A DNA stretch of 64,000 nt from Octopus vulgaris (lineage: Eukaryota), in assembly GCA_951406725.2 (NCBI GenBank), contig OX597833.1, positions 8,928,001 to 8,992,000 on the forward strand, given 5' to 3'. The position numbers were made by a program, and so were the translations under genes. Under the pieces are notes generated by a model. That model did no database searches, was not told the origin of the DNA, and saw nothing but the letters and a program-made list of their open reading frames with translations. Shown one piece after another: positions 50,388 through 63,633 of this stretch. Position 1 is the stretch's first letter; every line of letters begins with the position of its first letter.

Positions 50388-53300
50388 GAGAGAGAGATGA
50401 ATGTACATTTGGAGATAGAAATGTAAGAAAGAGAACTCAACAGACGCAGCAGAGTTTGTTACTTAGTATCTTAATGCTGACCCCTTAAATGACAGAAATG
50501 TAAGGACTTGATGTAGGCTGAAAAGGGCCACTGATCAGATTGATTTTTATTGATCAAAAGTGGTCAAGTGTTAGGTTACATCATATCTTAGTGGGAACAG
50601 CGGGGAATTAGCTCCTTTGAAAACAGGAAGGATTTGCATCTGAATGATGAGAAGAGATTCTGACCACCGTGTCTGGACCTGAAAAGAAATTGGCAGTTTT
50701 AGTCTGTGATGATTAAAAGATAAAATTTTAAATTTCTTATTCAACAATTTGGCCGATTGTATCAAGATACAGGACATCTCATCCTTGGCAAGCATAGCTT
50801 AAATATCCTCCTTTCATTGGTGGACAGTTGCACAATATAAATAATACTTCAGTGATTCTACTGTCCCTATATTTCCAGTCATACTAAGAGAGAAGTGGAG
50901 ATAATTCCATCTTTGGATTTAAATTAATATATATGCTGGTTATAGCTGACCTTAAACAATTTCTCTTTAATGTCCAGTTTAATTCATTTCAATACCGTCT
51001 GTGTTATACTTACTTTTATTTACTCTCACTTTAGAGACAAAACTCTTTAAGCAAGAGTTCTGTTGCTGCATGCTGGTTTTTTGGAGTAGAAGTTTATTGG
51101 GCATATTAAGTTGCTTTGTGAAGTTTGAGAATCTCTGCTCCCCAGGCAGCCGTAGCTAACCTTAAGGTTGTCACAGTTAAAGAGTTTGTGGAATTTGCAT
51201 TTAAGTGAAAATGTTTACCTTACAGAAATAAGTTCCAAGGTAATTATGTTGATGCTGAACCAAATCCTGTCTCCTTTTAGTCCTGCTAATCCTGCTAAGG
51301 ATGATGTATTCCTTATACTAATAACTGGCACTCCATCAGTTATGACGATGAGTGTTCCAGTAGATCTGAGCAACAGAACAAATTGTTTATGAAATTAATG
51401 TGCAAGTGGCTGAGTACTCCACAGACATGCATACCCTTAACCTTGTTCTCAGGGAGATTCAGTGTAGTTCAGAATGTGACAAGACTGGCCCTTTTGAATT
51501 ACAGATACAACTCATATTTGCCAGCTGAGTGGACTGGAGCAATGTGAAATAAAGTGTCTTGCTCAAGGTTACAACACACCACCATTAATTGAACCCATGA
51601 CCTTATGACCAGGAGCTGAATAGTTTAACTAATTAGCCACATGCCTTATACTATCAACTCATTCAATCTACTTCATAGTAGGGAGCAACACAGTTAAAGA
51701 TATCCCTGTCAGTGGATGGGCTGGATACTAATTCCTCATTTAGTTTTCTCATCTAGTTTGTTATAATCATAATATAATGTCTAAAACATTACCATTCTTA
51801 GATCAGTACTCTTACTGTTATTTGAATTATATTCCTTAAATATGCTAAACAGTTCTTTTCTAAATTTATCCATTCTGTGGCCATTTGAGTTATATGAAAT
51901 TACTAAGCCATCATCTCTGTACAGTCCAAAGCTGTAGGAGAAAGGCTATTTATTGATGGTGTTTGAAATAAAAATGTTAACTAAGTTAAAAAGTTCCCAC
52001 TGCTGACGCTACTCCTTAACACATTGAAAAGTGAGTTATCCTCTTTGTTGATCTTTTAGGAACTCTCATAAAATGTGAGGATTTCCTGGTATTTTGTGTA
52101 ATCCTGGTGTAAATTGCCTCAAATGGTAGCAAATGTTTTCTTGAAATTCAGGAAAATTTCAGAAGCGATTCCAATATAGATGAGTAGATGTTCATTTGAT
52201 AACAATGGTGGTGCTTCAGTTCCATTGTACTAAGCTTATGGCATTTCTAATTTTAAAATTACAAAATTCTTTAACCCTATAATGCCATGTCCCCAGTATA
52301 CTGAGAACAGCCTGAATGAAATCTCTGCCAGATTCCCCTTAAATCTCTAACGAACAACACACAGAGAAAAAGCAGATAAACTTCCCTGGAACCGACAACC
52401 GATCGTGTTGCAGCTTTGTAGTGGAGTGTGTTGGAGATCCATTGTTAACGATGTTCTCCATAGCTGTTGTTTACTTTGGTCTTTAATCGGAAAAAAAGGA
52501 TCCTTTGTGAAGAAACACGGGTATGAGGAATCCAGTGCTTTGTCTGGTAAACAAACGGGGCCCAGACTCTTAGCAGTTGAAGAAATTATTGATGGTATTT
52601 ATTCTTTGGGTGAAGAGTTTCCACTTCTGCAGACAATGAGAGTGATTCGGACAATGAAACTGGCGAAAGCGATGAGGAAAGTAACAATTCAGATGAACAA
52701 AGATGCTGGTTGAAAGATAGGCCTAGGGTTGTTAGGGTTCTGAACCTTTTTTTTTTTTCTTTTTGTAATTCTGTCCATTAATTTGTTTGCAATTATTACT
52801 CTTGAGCTGTGAATGCAACTATTTATTCTTCGGTTCAGGAACCCTGTTGATAGTAAAGTTGGTCACAGGGGTCCAAGTCTGAGGAAGTGAAGAGTAGTGC
52901 AAGGTTACATATCGTAAAATGTTGTATATAAATTTCTAATATTTTTAATGTTGGAGGTGGTGATGTCTGTTTTGTAGGAAGTTTTAGTTGTATTTGCAGG
53001 GTTCATTGCTTTGATGGTTTCATGTGGACATTTAGGAATTTTAGGAAGGAGTTACATAGTCTCACACTAAATATATTTACAAATTACTGAATGAAATCCT
53101 GCCCGAGATAGTTTAGTCATAACAGAATGCATAGAGACCCCTTTCACTCAATGAATTATAAGACACCAATATTTAAATTTTATATTTAAAGGACAGAGAG
53201 AAACTAAAACTGGGGAATGAACCAAAAGAGGTGACTGTCTTAAATTCTGAGTAACAGAAATTAAGTTGATTGCAATCTGGTTTGCCAGTTAATTAGGCAT

Positions 53301-56300
53301 AGTCTGTTGGTCAGCTTCAGGCCGGTCACGCATTTATTATTTGGTCATACTCTTTTGAAATTTGAAAATAAGTAAGGAGTTTGTTTATGCCACCATGGTT
53401 TCAAGTTTGTTCTAGAAATCTCTATTGTTTTCAAATATAAGAAATGGATTTCTGAATCTTCTTCTACATTGTGACTTTAGAAAAAAAAGGTATTGTCTTT
53501 CTGTTTAAAATCTTCACCTTAATATTAGTAAAATACCTGGCTAACTGATTGAACTGACTTGTCCCATGGTTTTTACTCCATGCACACATTGTGCCTTGGT
53601 CAACATGCTTTACTCTCAAATGACTCACAATGTCATGTGTTAATATAGTTATCATGTGTAAGTTTAGTTGGTCATGTGGTCATGTTGGTCATGTGGCATT
53701 ATGAATTGATCTTTTGTTGGTCATGTTGGTCATGTGGCGTTACGAATTGATCTTTTGTTGGTCATGTGGTCATGTTGGTCATGTGGTGTTATGAATTGAT
53801 CTTTTGTTGACTTTCAGCCTTGAGTTGAAAACATGTTGAAATGGTCCTACTAAGCTGTCTGACACTTGCCTTTTTGCCAGAAAACCTCTTACCCTGAATA
53901 CCCTACAATAAATATAGTGTGTGGTCAAATGACTAAAAAAAGTCACTTCACACTGACAAAATCGTAAGTTCAATCCCACTGCATGACATCTTGGCCAGTA
54001 AATATTTTTTTTTCTATGGCCTTGAGTCAACCCAAAACTTGTGAATAAAATTGGTTAAACAGAAACTGTACTGATGCCCATCAAATTGATTGTACTTGTT
54101 ATTGGAAAGGTACAGCCATGTGAAGCTGATTCTAATAGATAATTATGTAAAGGGTGCATGTGCCTTTGGAATACTCAGCCACATGCACATCAATTCAGGG
54201 GCAGGTAATTCAGTAAATCAAACAAGTCAATCCATTTTGTTAAAACTAATGAAAAACCAAGCTGGATGCTGTGCAAATCTCTTTTCTTGAATCTGTGACA
54301 CAAAAACACTGACCTTCAGCTACACAACACAATCTTCAGGTTTTGCTGCTGCTGCTGCTCTGTGTCAGAGCCTTCTGGGACTTGTGTGTGAATGTCATCA
54401 TCATCATCATCATCATCATTGCTTTAATGTTCACTTCTCTATGCTTGAATGGATCAGATGATATTTGGTGAGGCAGATTTTCTATGGCTTGGAGCCATTC
54501 CTGTTGTCAGGCCTTGCTTGTTTCCAAATAAGGTTTGATGATATGTTTTCATGCAAGATTGGAAAGGAACGGCTGGGCTTCTATGATGGCGACACTTGTT
54601 TACAACTATGATGCAGTGTCAAGACAAGGAGGCATACATCTACATATGCACACACACGCACACACACACACACACACAATATGGGCTTCTCTCAGCTTCC
54701 ATCAACCAAATCCACTCACAAAGCCCAGAATTATTGTAGAAGGTTCTTGCCCAATGTGCCAGTCAATGAGACTGAACTTGAAACCACATGATTGGGAAGC
54801 AAGCTGCTAAACCACACGGCCATGCCTGTCTGTAAATATAATTGAAAAATCAGAAATCACACTAAAATTATAAAAAGCAATTTTCTTACTGATTTTTAGC
54901 TATATGATGATGATGATGATGATGATGCTTGGGCCCCACATTCAAGAGATTTAATCAATCATTGACCCCGGCACTTATACTGATCTCCACTTAGACTCAT
55001 AAACACTCTTCCCCCATATATTTGCATTTGAAGAACCTCCCCACCTGTGCTACTGAGTTTTCCTTTCTTTGAGTGAGATTTTCTTCAGTAACAAGTCTCA
55101 GTCTTTCTTCCTCTTACTCCATCCCTTTGCGTTGTAGTCATCTTCAGCACGGGGGACCATTTGCAATTTCCTCTTACTCCATCCCTTTGCGTTGTAGTCA
55201 TCTTCAGCATGGGGGACCATTTGCAATTTTCCTCTTACTCCATCCCTTTGCGTTGTAGTCATCTTCAGCATGGGGGACCATTTGCAATTTCCTCTCATTT
55301 AAGGAAATGTGGATCTGTTGACATCATTTCTCTCTTGAAACAAAGATGAGGTTGTCCTCGTGCTCTTGTGCCGGTGGCCAGTTTCCCCATACAGGAGGTC
55401 TTTCGGGATCCTCCTTGCATCTGGCAGACAATATATGTGACCGAGTCAGTGCTGGAGAGCAGGGGGAACAAGCTGGGTTACTTGATGCAGTTGAGAACTT
55501 CAGTGATAGTGGCTTGGTTGCTCCACTTGATATCCAAGATGCATCTCAGCCTATGAACGTAGAAGACATTGAGATGCCATTCTTGTTTGGTGTAGCAGCT
55601 TCATATCTCCCTCTAATAGTGGGTGCTGAGGATGCACATCTTATAGACAGCAATCTTGGTGTTTGTGGCCAGTTTTCTATTTTCCCAGACTCTCTCTTTG
55701 TCTGCTTGGCAAATGTGGAGGATGCTCATCCAACTTGCCCACTCATCTCAGGGTCCAAAGATAAGGTCAGGAAACCCTGTGTCGAGCTTTGGCCTAGAAG
55801 TAGGTGTTGGTGATACATGGTCACTGAAGCATACAGAGCTCCACTAGCCTTGCCAATCCCATACCATCCCAGACACCATGCCCAGAAGTAGGGATCAGCT
55901 CCCACTCTGGCGTTGAAGTCAACAAATGGCACCAGCTGTTCTCAATTCAGGATCACCTGTATTTTCCAGTTTGGATGTTCTCAAAACTTACCCTTGTCTT
56001 GTATGCAATGGAAGGCTGGGGAATAAGCACCGACAAAGTTTACAGACCCATCTAAAGTGTGCAATCAGAATGAAAGAATCTCCTCTAAACCATTGCTGCA
56101 GAGTTCCACCAACTTCAGCAGTGAGGTTTCTCATGATAAAGCCATTCTCACTGGCTTCATCTGTACATTTCCCCTGACAGAAAAAGTTCTACACTCTTTC
56201 ACGGGAGCCATGTTTGCTGGAGTGCTGCACTGTACTCTCAAAGTCATAGCAATTTGTCGTTGATCACTGCTGTCCTGTGCACATTGCTGATCTCTTGAAG

Positions 56301-59300
56301 ATTCTCTGACTTAACCAGTTGTCTGATGTAGAGCAGATTTCCATTCTCAAATTGGTCAACTTGCAACTAAAACAGAAGATAGGATTTTTGAAGAGAACTT
56401 ACTAACCCTAACCCTTTACCAATCCATTCTTTAATTTGGATTCACCAGGGCCTTCAGCCCTTTTGATACCAATCCACTTAAAAGAAAAGCCATTAGAAAA
56501 CCAATTGTAGCAGCAACTCCATCTAAGAATATCTGAAGAAGGAATATTATTCCAAAATATCATATCAGACTACGGATGACTAAATTACAACAGATATATA
56601 GCCCACTCTTTGTATTATAGAGCATTGTTGTACCATTCAAAACCTTTTATCCTTTACAAACAATACACAGTGCTTCAAGCAAACTACAAGACTCTTCAGT
56701 CCACTTAAGATTGTCTTTAAAGGGGTCTCAGTTAAAAGCTTCCATTAAAATTCCATCTTAATTTACATTCCAATCTCGGGCTTAATGGCAAAAGTTATTT
56801 TACTAAATTTATTATTTTCAAAATTAATTGGAAACCAAGATAGCATATTTTAACTGGAACATGAAAACAAAAGAGTTAACCCAACATTTTGCTTTCTTTT
56901 AAACTAAAAATCTGATTTCATCCATTTTTCTTCTTCTTTTTTTCTTTGTCCAGTTTGGATGGTTGTTGTCCTTAAAGTAATTATGTTTTATTGTTGTTAA
57001 TTTGACCACCAACATTCAGTTACTGCTCAACTGTGTATGTATGAGGGAGCTGAAGATAAAAAGGATAACAGACCTTTTGTTTTTAGGGGTGGCCACAGCA
57101 CCCTGGTTGGAGCAAGTTATATAGTGTTGGTCTTCTGCTTAGAAATCCTACATTTTTCAGAGACACAAGGGTCAGTGAATGGAGATGTAGGGTCAGTAGG
57201 CACTGGTTGCAGATACAGAGACCAGTGGATGGAAATATAGGGGTCAGAGGGAAAGGGTTGAACATGTAAGATGTGAAGGCAATAATAAGAAGCAGGTAGG
57301 TAGAATTCTCGTTAACTCAGGTGATGGCTGCTTTACCTGTTGATAAACATTAATGACTGTTTGCTGTTGCAAACTAAAGGTGAGGAGTTCTGCAAGCATT
57401 TCAAATGGTTCCCTTTTGTTGTACAATAGGAACCTGAAAATCCAGAGATCATTTATTACAAGACATCAGTAAAGAAGTTCTGTTGTTTACATAGATGTAA
57501 CCAACCCGTGTTGTAAGAGTTTTGACATATTTGCTGGCTTTTAAGACTACTTCATGTCGAATAATTTAATGTCAGCCGGGATTCTTTGGAAGTATTTGAA
57601 AAAATGAAATTCAATTCCAAGATTGGAGTATTTTTTTGGTTATTTTGTTTGATTTAGGGGACAGAAATTGACTTTGGGAAAAGAGAAAACTGTCAACGGA
57701 AAAACTATGTTGGGTGGACGAAAGATTGGCCTGGGGTTGAAATCAACCCCTTAAGATGTGTCTCTGTGAAAGATCTTGATTCCCATGAGAATGTGTAATT
57801 TATCTTTTTTAGGAGAGGAATCAGAAGAATACAGCTTTTTTGATATTCTTGGTAACGCTAACTGCAACGAAGTTCATGGTATGTCTGTTATAATAGTATT
57901 GATAATACGACTGGTAACAGTAATAATGACTACTGCTGCTACTACTGCTGCTGCTACTACTACTACTACTACTTCTACAACTACTACTTCTACTACTAAT
58001 ACTACTACTTCTACTACTAATACTACTACTGCTGCTGCTACTACTACTAATAATAATAATGGCTGGGCTGAAAAAGATTGGTGCTGCAAGTGTGAATGTA
58101 GAATACCTACAAAAATTAGCATTGCTTGGAACTGCCAGAATTCTTGAAGCATGACCGGTAAACAAATGTCCCCTTAGTCTATTGGCTGTGGACAGCTGAC
58201 CCCCTTTCCATCATACTCGGCAAAATAAGCTGAGAGTTTCCATATAATAGTAATAATAAAAATTAAAAAAACTACAGTAATAACAACTAAAAAAAATTAC
58301 ATTAAAGATAACAATAATAATAATTTGTTTATTAGCAACGAGGGTTTGAAAGCACCAAATATGATGAATGTTAATTTGTGGATTTAGAAAGTTGTGTGCA
58401 GTGGGACCAAAACCTTGGACAAGATTTTAAGAACTGGGGAACACTACTGTTGGTGTGGACACATAGCCTGGACAAAGAGCGGACAGTTTCCCTTGACCAC
58501 AAGTGTTTTGAGAATAGCAACCTTTTCTGAAACTTGTTGTCAATTCTTCTGTTGTTTTGTCTTTGGTGCTGTTGCAGGCATGAAAGCCATCAAGTAGTTT
58601 TTGCTACCACATGTGTAGCAAGTGAGTTTTCTGCCCTACATTGCTATTAGTATCATCACCTTTTGCACACACACAACTGGGAATAGTCTGGGATGGTCTT
58701 GAGGTCTTCAGAAACCTTAAAGATTTGCATGTTCATTGTGATGCTACACAACCACATCTCATTCTTCATCAGCTCCCCCCCCCACACTCCCTACCTACGC
58801 ATTCTGAGCTAAACGTCACCCTTGTCCCCAGCATCTTCAAACTTAACTTTTGTACTTCATTTCCCCGTGTGCTGTGGCACAAGTGTATGGCATGATTAAG
58901 TGCTTCATCCTCACCCCCCGGAAACTTAACCGAGAGAAAATGCAAGTTTTTCGATTTTGTTGCTTGCTTTTACAGTTCTTCTTATTTTTTACCAAAGAAT
59001 ATTGTTGTTGTTGCAGACACCATTCTTTTCAAATATCCAAAGAGAAAATCAAATGATGAAACAGCTCTTCTTCCTCATCAGATTTGCTCAGGATTGTTTA
59101 ATTCAAATGAAAAACTGTTTATTCACTTTGGGGATGGTACAATATTTAAACTTATTTAGCTTTCACAAACAACCAAGAAAGGCATCTTGTGAGTTCACCT
59201 GTGAATAATAACAATAATAATAATCCTTTTTTGTATTGGTGCAAACTCAAAATTTTGGCGAGAAGAACAGTCGATGACATCGACCCCTGTACTTGACTGC

Positions 59301-62300
59301 TGCTGCTAATACTACTACTTCTACTACTACTACTACTACTTCTACTACTAATACTACTACTCTCCAAAAGAAGGTAGAATCAATCTTGGTGGAATTTGAA
59401 CTCAGAATGTAGAGAAGGACATTCTTCCAGCTCACCATATTATCAATAATAATAATGACAACAACATCAATAATAATAAAACATCTCATTCATGAAGAAA
59501 ATCAAAATAATGATGTAAATATTTATCTTCCAGCAGATTCAAATATGCTAATAATTGTTGCGTTGGAGAAGAACTTCTCCTTTCAGATGCGTATTCACAA
59601 CAGACACGATTCACTGAGGTAAAGGGGCTTCAAGACACGGTGGTGTTTCAGCCTGGTTGTGTCTCTTCAGTCAAAGCTACCCCTGGGTCAATGACTCTAA
59701 ACAAGAATTATAGTTCTTGTTTATAGAAGTCAGTCTACAAATTATTTGCTGATGTCTGCCAAACAAACAAAAACATTGAACAGCAGCAATCAAAGCAACG
59801 ACACAAATGCATTCGTTTTTGGAATCTTCCTGCAGAGTCAGAAATTGTTCAGCAACAACAGCAACAACACCTTCCAGAAAGTGTCACTGTTCTCCATATT
59901 AAGGATGACTGTCTGTGCCATTGTAACATTAACAACAAGAACAACAACACTGACAACCATGAATTGTTCCAGGCACAACTGGTGCAAGACCTGAAGTTGT
60001 GAGGGGGGGAAGAGCCAGTCCCACTCCCCCCTCCCCCCTCTCACTACTTCACTTGTAAATTACCCTGTGTAACACAATTTCTGTCCTTGGGTCGCAACTG
60101 TTATTTCCTGTTTGCTTATCCCTACAAAGTATGAAAAGGGGCTAATATTTCCTTCAAAGTTTGTTTTTGTTACATATATTGAAACCCTAAAGAATCTGTC
60201 TCTATACATGGCTTTGATGCTCCCTCCCTGTTCTTGCTTATGATCAGAAATGCACATATTGTCAGCCACTAAGGGACATGCTCTAGTGATTATGGTCAAG
60301 CCAATGTATGGGATTGAGCACAATATTGGCCGTATTGATATCTCTGTTTGAGCAACTTGGCACTGAATCTGTCTGAAATATAATGGAAAATAGGTGTCAG
60401 GTTCAAAACATTGATGTCCAAGTCACAAAAGCAAAGTTTGAAGGGAACGGTAGTCATTTCCTTTGATTTCTAGATTGAAGCAAATGGGAATGAATTCTTA
60501 CTCACCACACTCTCAGTAATAACAATAAGAATCTTAATAATAATTTCTTTTATTGGCCACAAGGGCCCAAAACATTGAGGACAATTCAAGGATGAAATAC
60601 AACTCACAAAGATGTATTTAACATTGAGTAAAAAAACAACAAGTGAAAAGCAAAAGATAAAACAAAATTTCAACAAGAAAAGATCCCCAGTATAAGAAGT
60701 GGTAAGTGAGGGTAATTTAGGGGTGGGGCTAGGGTGCTCCTCCACAAAGGTTTGGGTTACTCTGAGGCATTAAAAGTGACCCCTGTTAGTAACTTTTCTC
60801 TTAGGGCTATTCAACATCAGCATTCTAGCCACACTCACCCACCTTCCTTTTAAAGAAGTTGGCCACAGAAGAAAATGTTGTCTTCAAACATTTCAGAAGA
60901 GTTCACCAGGTGTTTTACCACAGCAGGTAGACAGGGGGAGGCTCAGCACCTTTCATTGACAAAGGAACATCAATTCTCTCGAGATATGTCAAGCTCAGTG
61001 AAAGCATTGGTTGTCCTTGCATCCAGGCTCATCCTCTCCGGCTGAGTATTCCTAATCTTGTGGGCTCGTGAGCACTGGTGCCATGCCAGTGCTGTGTAAA
61101 AGCACCACCCAGTGAAGTGGTTGGCATAAAGAAAGGCATCCAGCCGTAGAAACCATGCCAAAACAAACAAATGGAGCCTGAACAGCTGGTCAGCTTCTGT
61201 CGAACCGTCCAACCCATGCCAGCATTGAAAATAGGCGTTAAATGATGTTCATGACTCAGTGCACAACCAGTTCCATCCCCCACGTACGACAGCAATTATT
61301 TAACAAAAGCTGACATGTTGCATAGACTCTGAATGATAGCAGAGTGGTATGGTTCTACTGCATGCCTCTTGGACAAGTTTGACCGTTGTTAGTGTTCTCC
61401 TATGCTGGATACTAACAGCCCCATTGTATCAGCAGCTGTCAGACAGCCCCACATTGGTTGTCAGCCCCAAATGACAGTGTTTATATTTGAATAAGTTTGT
61501 CATGTAGAGTGATGAACAAAATCATTTTGGATTTGCAGTGTTTGTAGAAGAGAGAAAATGCTTAGATATCTTCATATTTTGATTTCAGAACCTGCCATGA
61601 TTGACTTGGCTTCTTGGGATGTGTGTCAATAGAGTAAATACCAGTGATGTACTGGGGTTTGCCATAATTCATTGATTTCTTTCACCAAAAATACATTTAT
61701 TAGAAATCAATTTGAAAATATGACATCGTCATAAGTCTCCTGACTTCAGCATTTTCTTTTGTGTTCCCAAGGGCACTCGTGTATATTTTAATGGGTTGTG
61801 GTTGTTATAGCAACAGCTTGACCTCCTCCAACATAAACATTTAAACATTGCACCAAAAGCCAATCAAAACACAAATCAGTTTTATGATGGTGCCACTGCT
61901 TTCAATGAGGAACTGTGCCTCCCTGTGGCACCTGTTTACAAACAGAATGTGCTGATAAGATTCAGTTTTAAATTACAAAGAGATGAACAGCAGTGTTTGT
62001 GTCGTTGACCATTTCTCCAAGACTCTTAAGAAGAAGAATGTGAACAACAGCCAGCCTCGATGTTTCCAAGAAAACCTGGAACAGACCTGGTTTCAATGTT
62101 GAGAACAGAAGAGTATGAACTTCACTCAAGGCATTTAAGGAATAGTGGTGGTCCTTAAACCAGGTGATGTGATACACCTGGCATATTTTGTGCTTGTGAT
62201 TCTATATAATAACCCACTAACCCTAGAACTATATAACAAACTTCCTTCTGCCTCTAACCATAACAGATGCTTGTAGACTTTATCCAAAATTCATTTTTCT

Positions 62301-62447
62301 TTCCTGGTCAGAATCAGTTGTGATTAAAACTGGATAAATTATTGTCTCATCCTCACAGCTTTATCAGGGGCATGTCTCCGAGTTCCTGCTGCTGAAATGT
62401 CCAACCTAGTTGGAAGTTCTCCGGTCGAAGAAAATGTTTCCGTGAAG
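44992..62447 (+). CDS. RBCK1: RBCK1/HOIL-1-like (HOIL-1/SHARPIN family LUBAC subunit), 5' part; continues off window
   Basis: Join(44992-45158,45602-45695,46534-46732,62359-62447); GT-AG with phases 2/0/1/0. LQLETAITSGDVKAAQTLVAQLARQK resembles the LUBAC-tethering motif. IKIYIEDR...TTVRELKRMVFLKYNLPVQVQRLIV...VFIYLV resembles the HOIL-1/SHARPIN UBL. NZF and RBR domains are not visible in the window. Confidence 0.8.
45602..45695 (+). CDS. RBCK1: RBCK1-like UBL exon a
   Basis: ttcag/gtaaat; IKIYIEDRVSSAPPFVMKINSKTTVRELKRM. Confidence 0.87.
46534..46732 (+). CDS. RBCK1: RBCK1-like UBL exon b
   Basis: ttag/gtaatt; VFLKYNLPVQVQRLIVSHKIPKEKDVLSKHGVKEGSSVFIYLV... Confidence 0.85.
48040..49800 (-). 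mobile_element. Degraded RTE LINE
   Basis: [32 protein letters not shown] motifs with frameshifts. Confidence 0.9.
52271..52740 (+). mobile_element. Possible piggyBac 5' end remnant
   Basis: Starts TTAACCCT; contains an acidic stretch (SADNESDSDNETGESDEE) like piggyBac transposase N-termini. Confidence 0.35.
53668..53810. repeat. Three-copy imperfect tandem repeat (~42-50 bp)
   Basis: TTGGTCATGT..GGTCATGTGG..TTATGAATTGATCTTTTG repeated three times. Confidence 0.85.
55110..55295. repeat. Three-copy ~60-bp tandem repeat
   Basis: CCTCTTACTCCATCCCTTTGCGTTGTAGTCATCTTCAGCAYGGGGGACCATTTGCAATTT x3. Confidence 0.95.
55346..56300 (-). mobile_element. Degraded RTE-like LINE (APE endonuclease to RT remnants)
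   Basis: DFNARVGAD..W..CLG.YGIGK motif; downstream GRPQ..YKM-like remnant. Confidence 0.6.
61070..61246 (+). mobile_element. RTE 3' tail
   Basis: GTGGTTGGC..AGAAAGGCATCCAGCCGTAGAAAC...CCAACCCATGCCAGCAT..CGTTAAATGATG. Confidence 0.8.
62359..62447 (+). CDS. RBCK1: RBCK1-like linker exon (probable)
   Basis: cacag acceptor and AAG|gtatgt donor; phase 1 in, phase 0 out, compatible with the upstream exon; LSGACLRVPAAEMSNLVGSSPVEENVSVK. Confidence 0.65.
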
Positions 62448-62544
62448 GTATGTCAGTTCTTTCATTGCAACATCACTCGTTAAATGTTGTTCGATTAATT
62501 TTAATTGTTATTGTAGTTGTTGTTGTTCTTCTCTTCTTCCTCCA

Positions 62545-62877
62545 CATAATTATTATTACTGAAGACATCACACAGTATCCATTATTGTGGTGATGTAGAC
62601 TGAAGATATTGGTTGTGCTGGTGATTTGTGCTGCCTGTCAAGTCACAGCAAAGGCCTCACACAGTTCCAAACGCAGTCTGCATGCAATTCCAACTTAAGC
62701 CAATTTCTGCAACATATCAGGATTAAAGGGTATTTCTAAAGTGTCTGGGTATTTCTTAAGGTGGGGTGGAATTGAACCCAATGCTCCAATGACAACCAGA
62801 ACAACCTTTCTGTTTGACTCTTCTACCCTAACCACGTCTTGCTGATCTCAATTCTCATCTCTCCATATTTGTTGACC
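62545..62877 (-). mobile_element. R4/Dong-like (RLE) LINE 3' fragment; second fragment at 63846-64000
   Basis: KYGEMRIEISKTW...KVVLVVIGALGSIP..LQK, and IWHLKAVAIAVMVGAL in the second fragment. Confidence 0.65.
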
Positions 62878-63602
62878 TTCTCTCTTCTTCTTCTTCTTCT
62901 TCTTCTTCTTCTTCTTCTTCTTCTTCTTCTTCTTCTTCTTCTTCTTCTTCTTCTTCTTCTTCTTCTTTTTCTTCTTCTTCTTCTTCTTCTTCTTCTTCTT
63001 TTTTCTTCTTCTTCTTCTTCTTCTTCTTCTTCTTCTTCTTCTTCTTCTTCTTCTTTTTCTTCTTCTTTTTCTTCTTCTTCTTCTTCTTTTCTTTTTCTTT
63101 TCTTCTTCTTTTTCTTTTTCTTCTTCTTCTTCTTCTTCTTTTCTTCTTCTTCTTTTCTTCTTCTTCTTTTTCTTCTTCTTTTTCTTCTTCTTCTTTTCTT
63201 TTTCTTCTTCTTCTTCTTCTTTTTCTTCTTCTTCTTCTTCTTCTTTTCTTTTCTTCTTCTTCTTCTTCTTCTTCTTCTTCTTCTTCTTCTTCTTCTTCTT
63301 TTTCTTCTTCTTTTTCTTCTTCTTTTCTTCTTCTTCTTCTTTTCTTTTTCTTTTTCTTCTTCTTCTTCTTCTTCTTTTCTTCTTCTTCTTCTTCTTTTCT
63401 TTTCTTCTTCTTCTTCTTCTTCTTTTTCTTCTTCTTTTTCTTCTTCTTCTTCTTTTCTTCTTCTTCTTCTTTTTCTTCTTCTTTTCTTCTTCTTTTTCTT
63501 CTTCTTCTTTTTCTTTCTTCTTCTTCTTCTTCTTCTTCTTCTTCTTCTTCTTTCTTCTTCTTCTTCTTCTTTCTTCTTCTTCTTCTTCTTCTTCTTCTTC
63601 TT

Positions 63603-63631
<29 letters not shown>
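62878..63631. repeat. ~750-bp (TTC)n/(TTTTC) pure pyrimidine microsatellite
   Basis: Directly visible; explains the two low-complexity ORFs. Confidence 0.98.

Positions 63632-63633
<2 letters not shown>

Noticed and set aside
55110-55295. CRISPR-like array
   Set aside because: Contiguous repeats with no unique spacers, eukaryotic context, no cas genes.
59537-59618. AG...GTAAAG bounded candidate exon in the long RBCK1-like intron
   Set aside because: Its length shifts the phase relative to the flanking phase-1 exons, and the peptide is unrecognisable.
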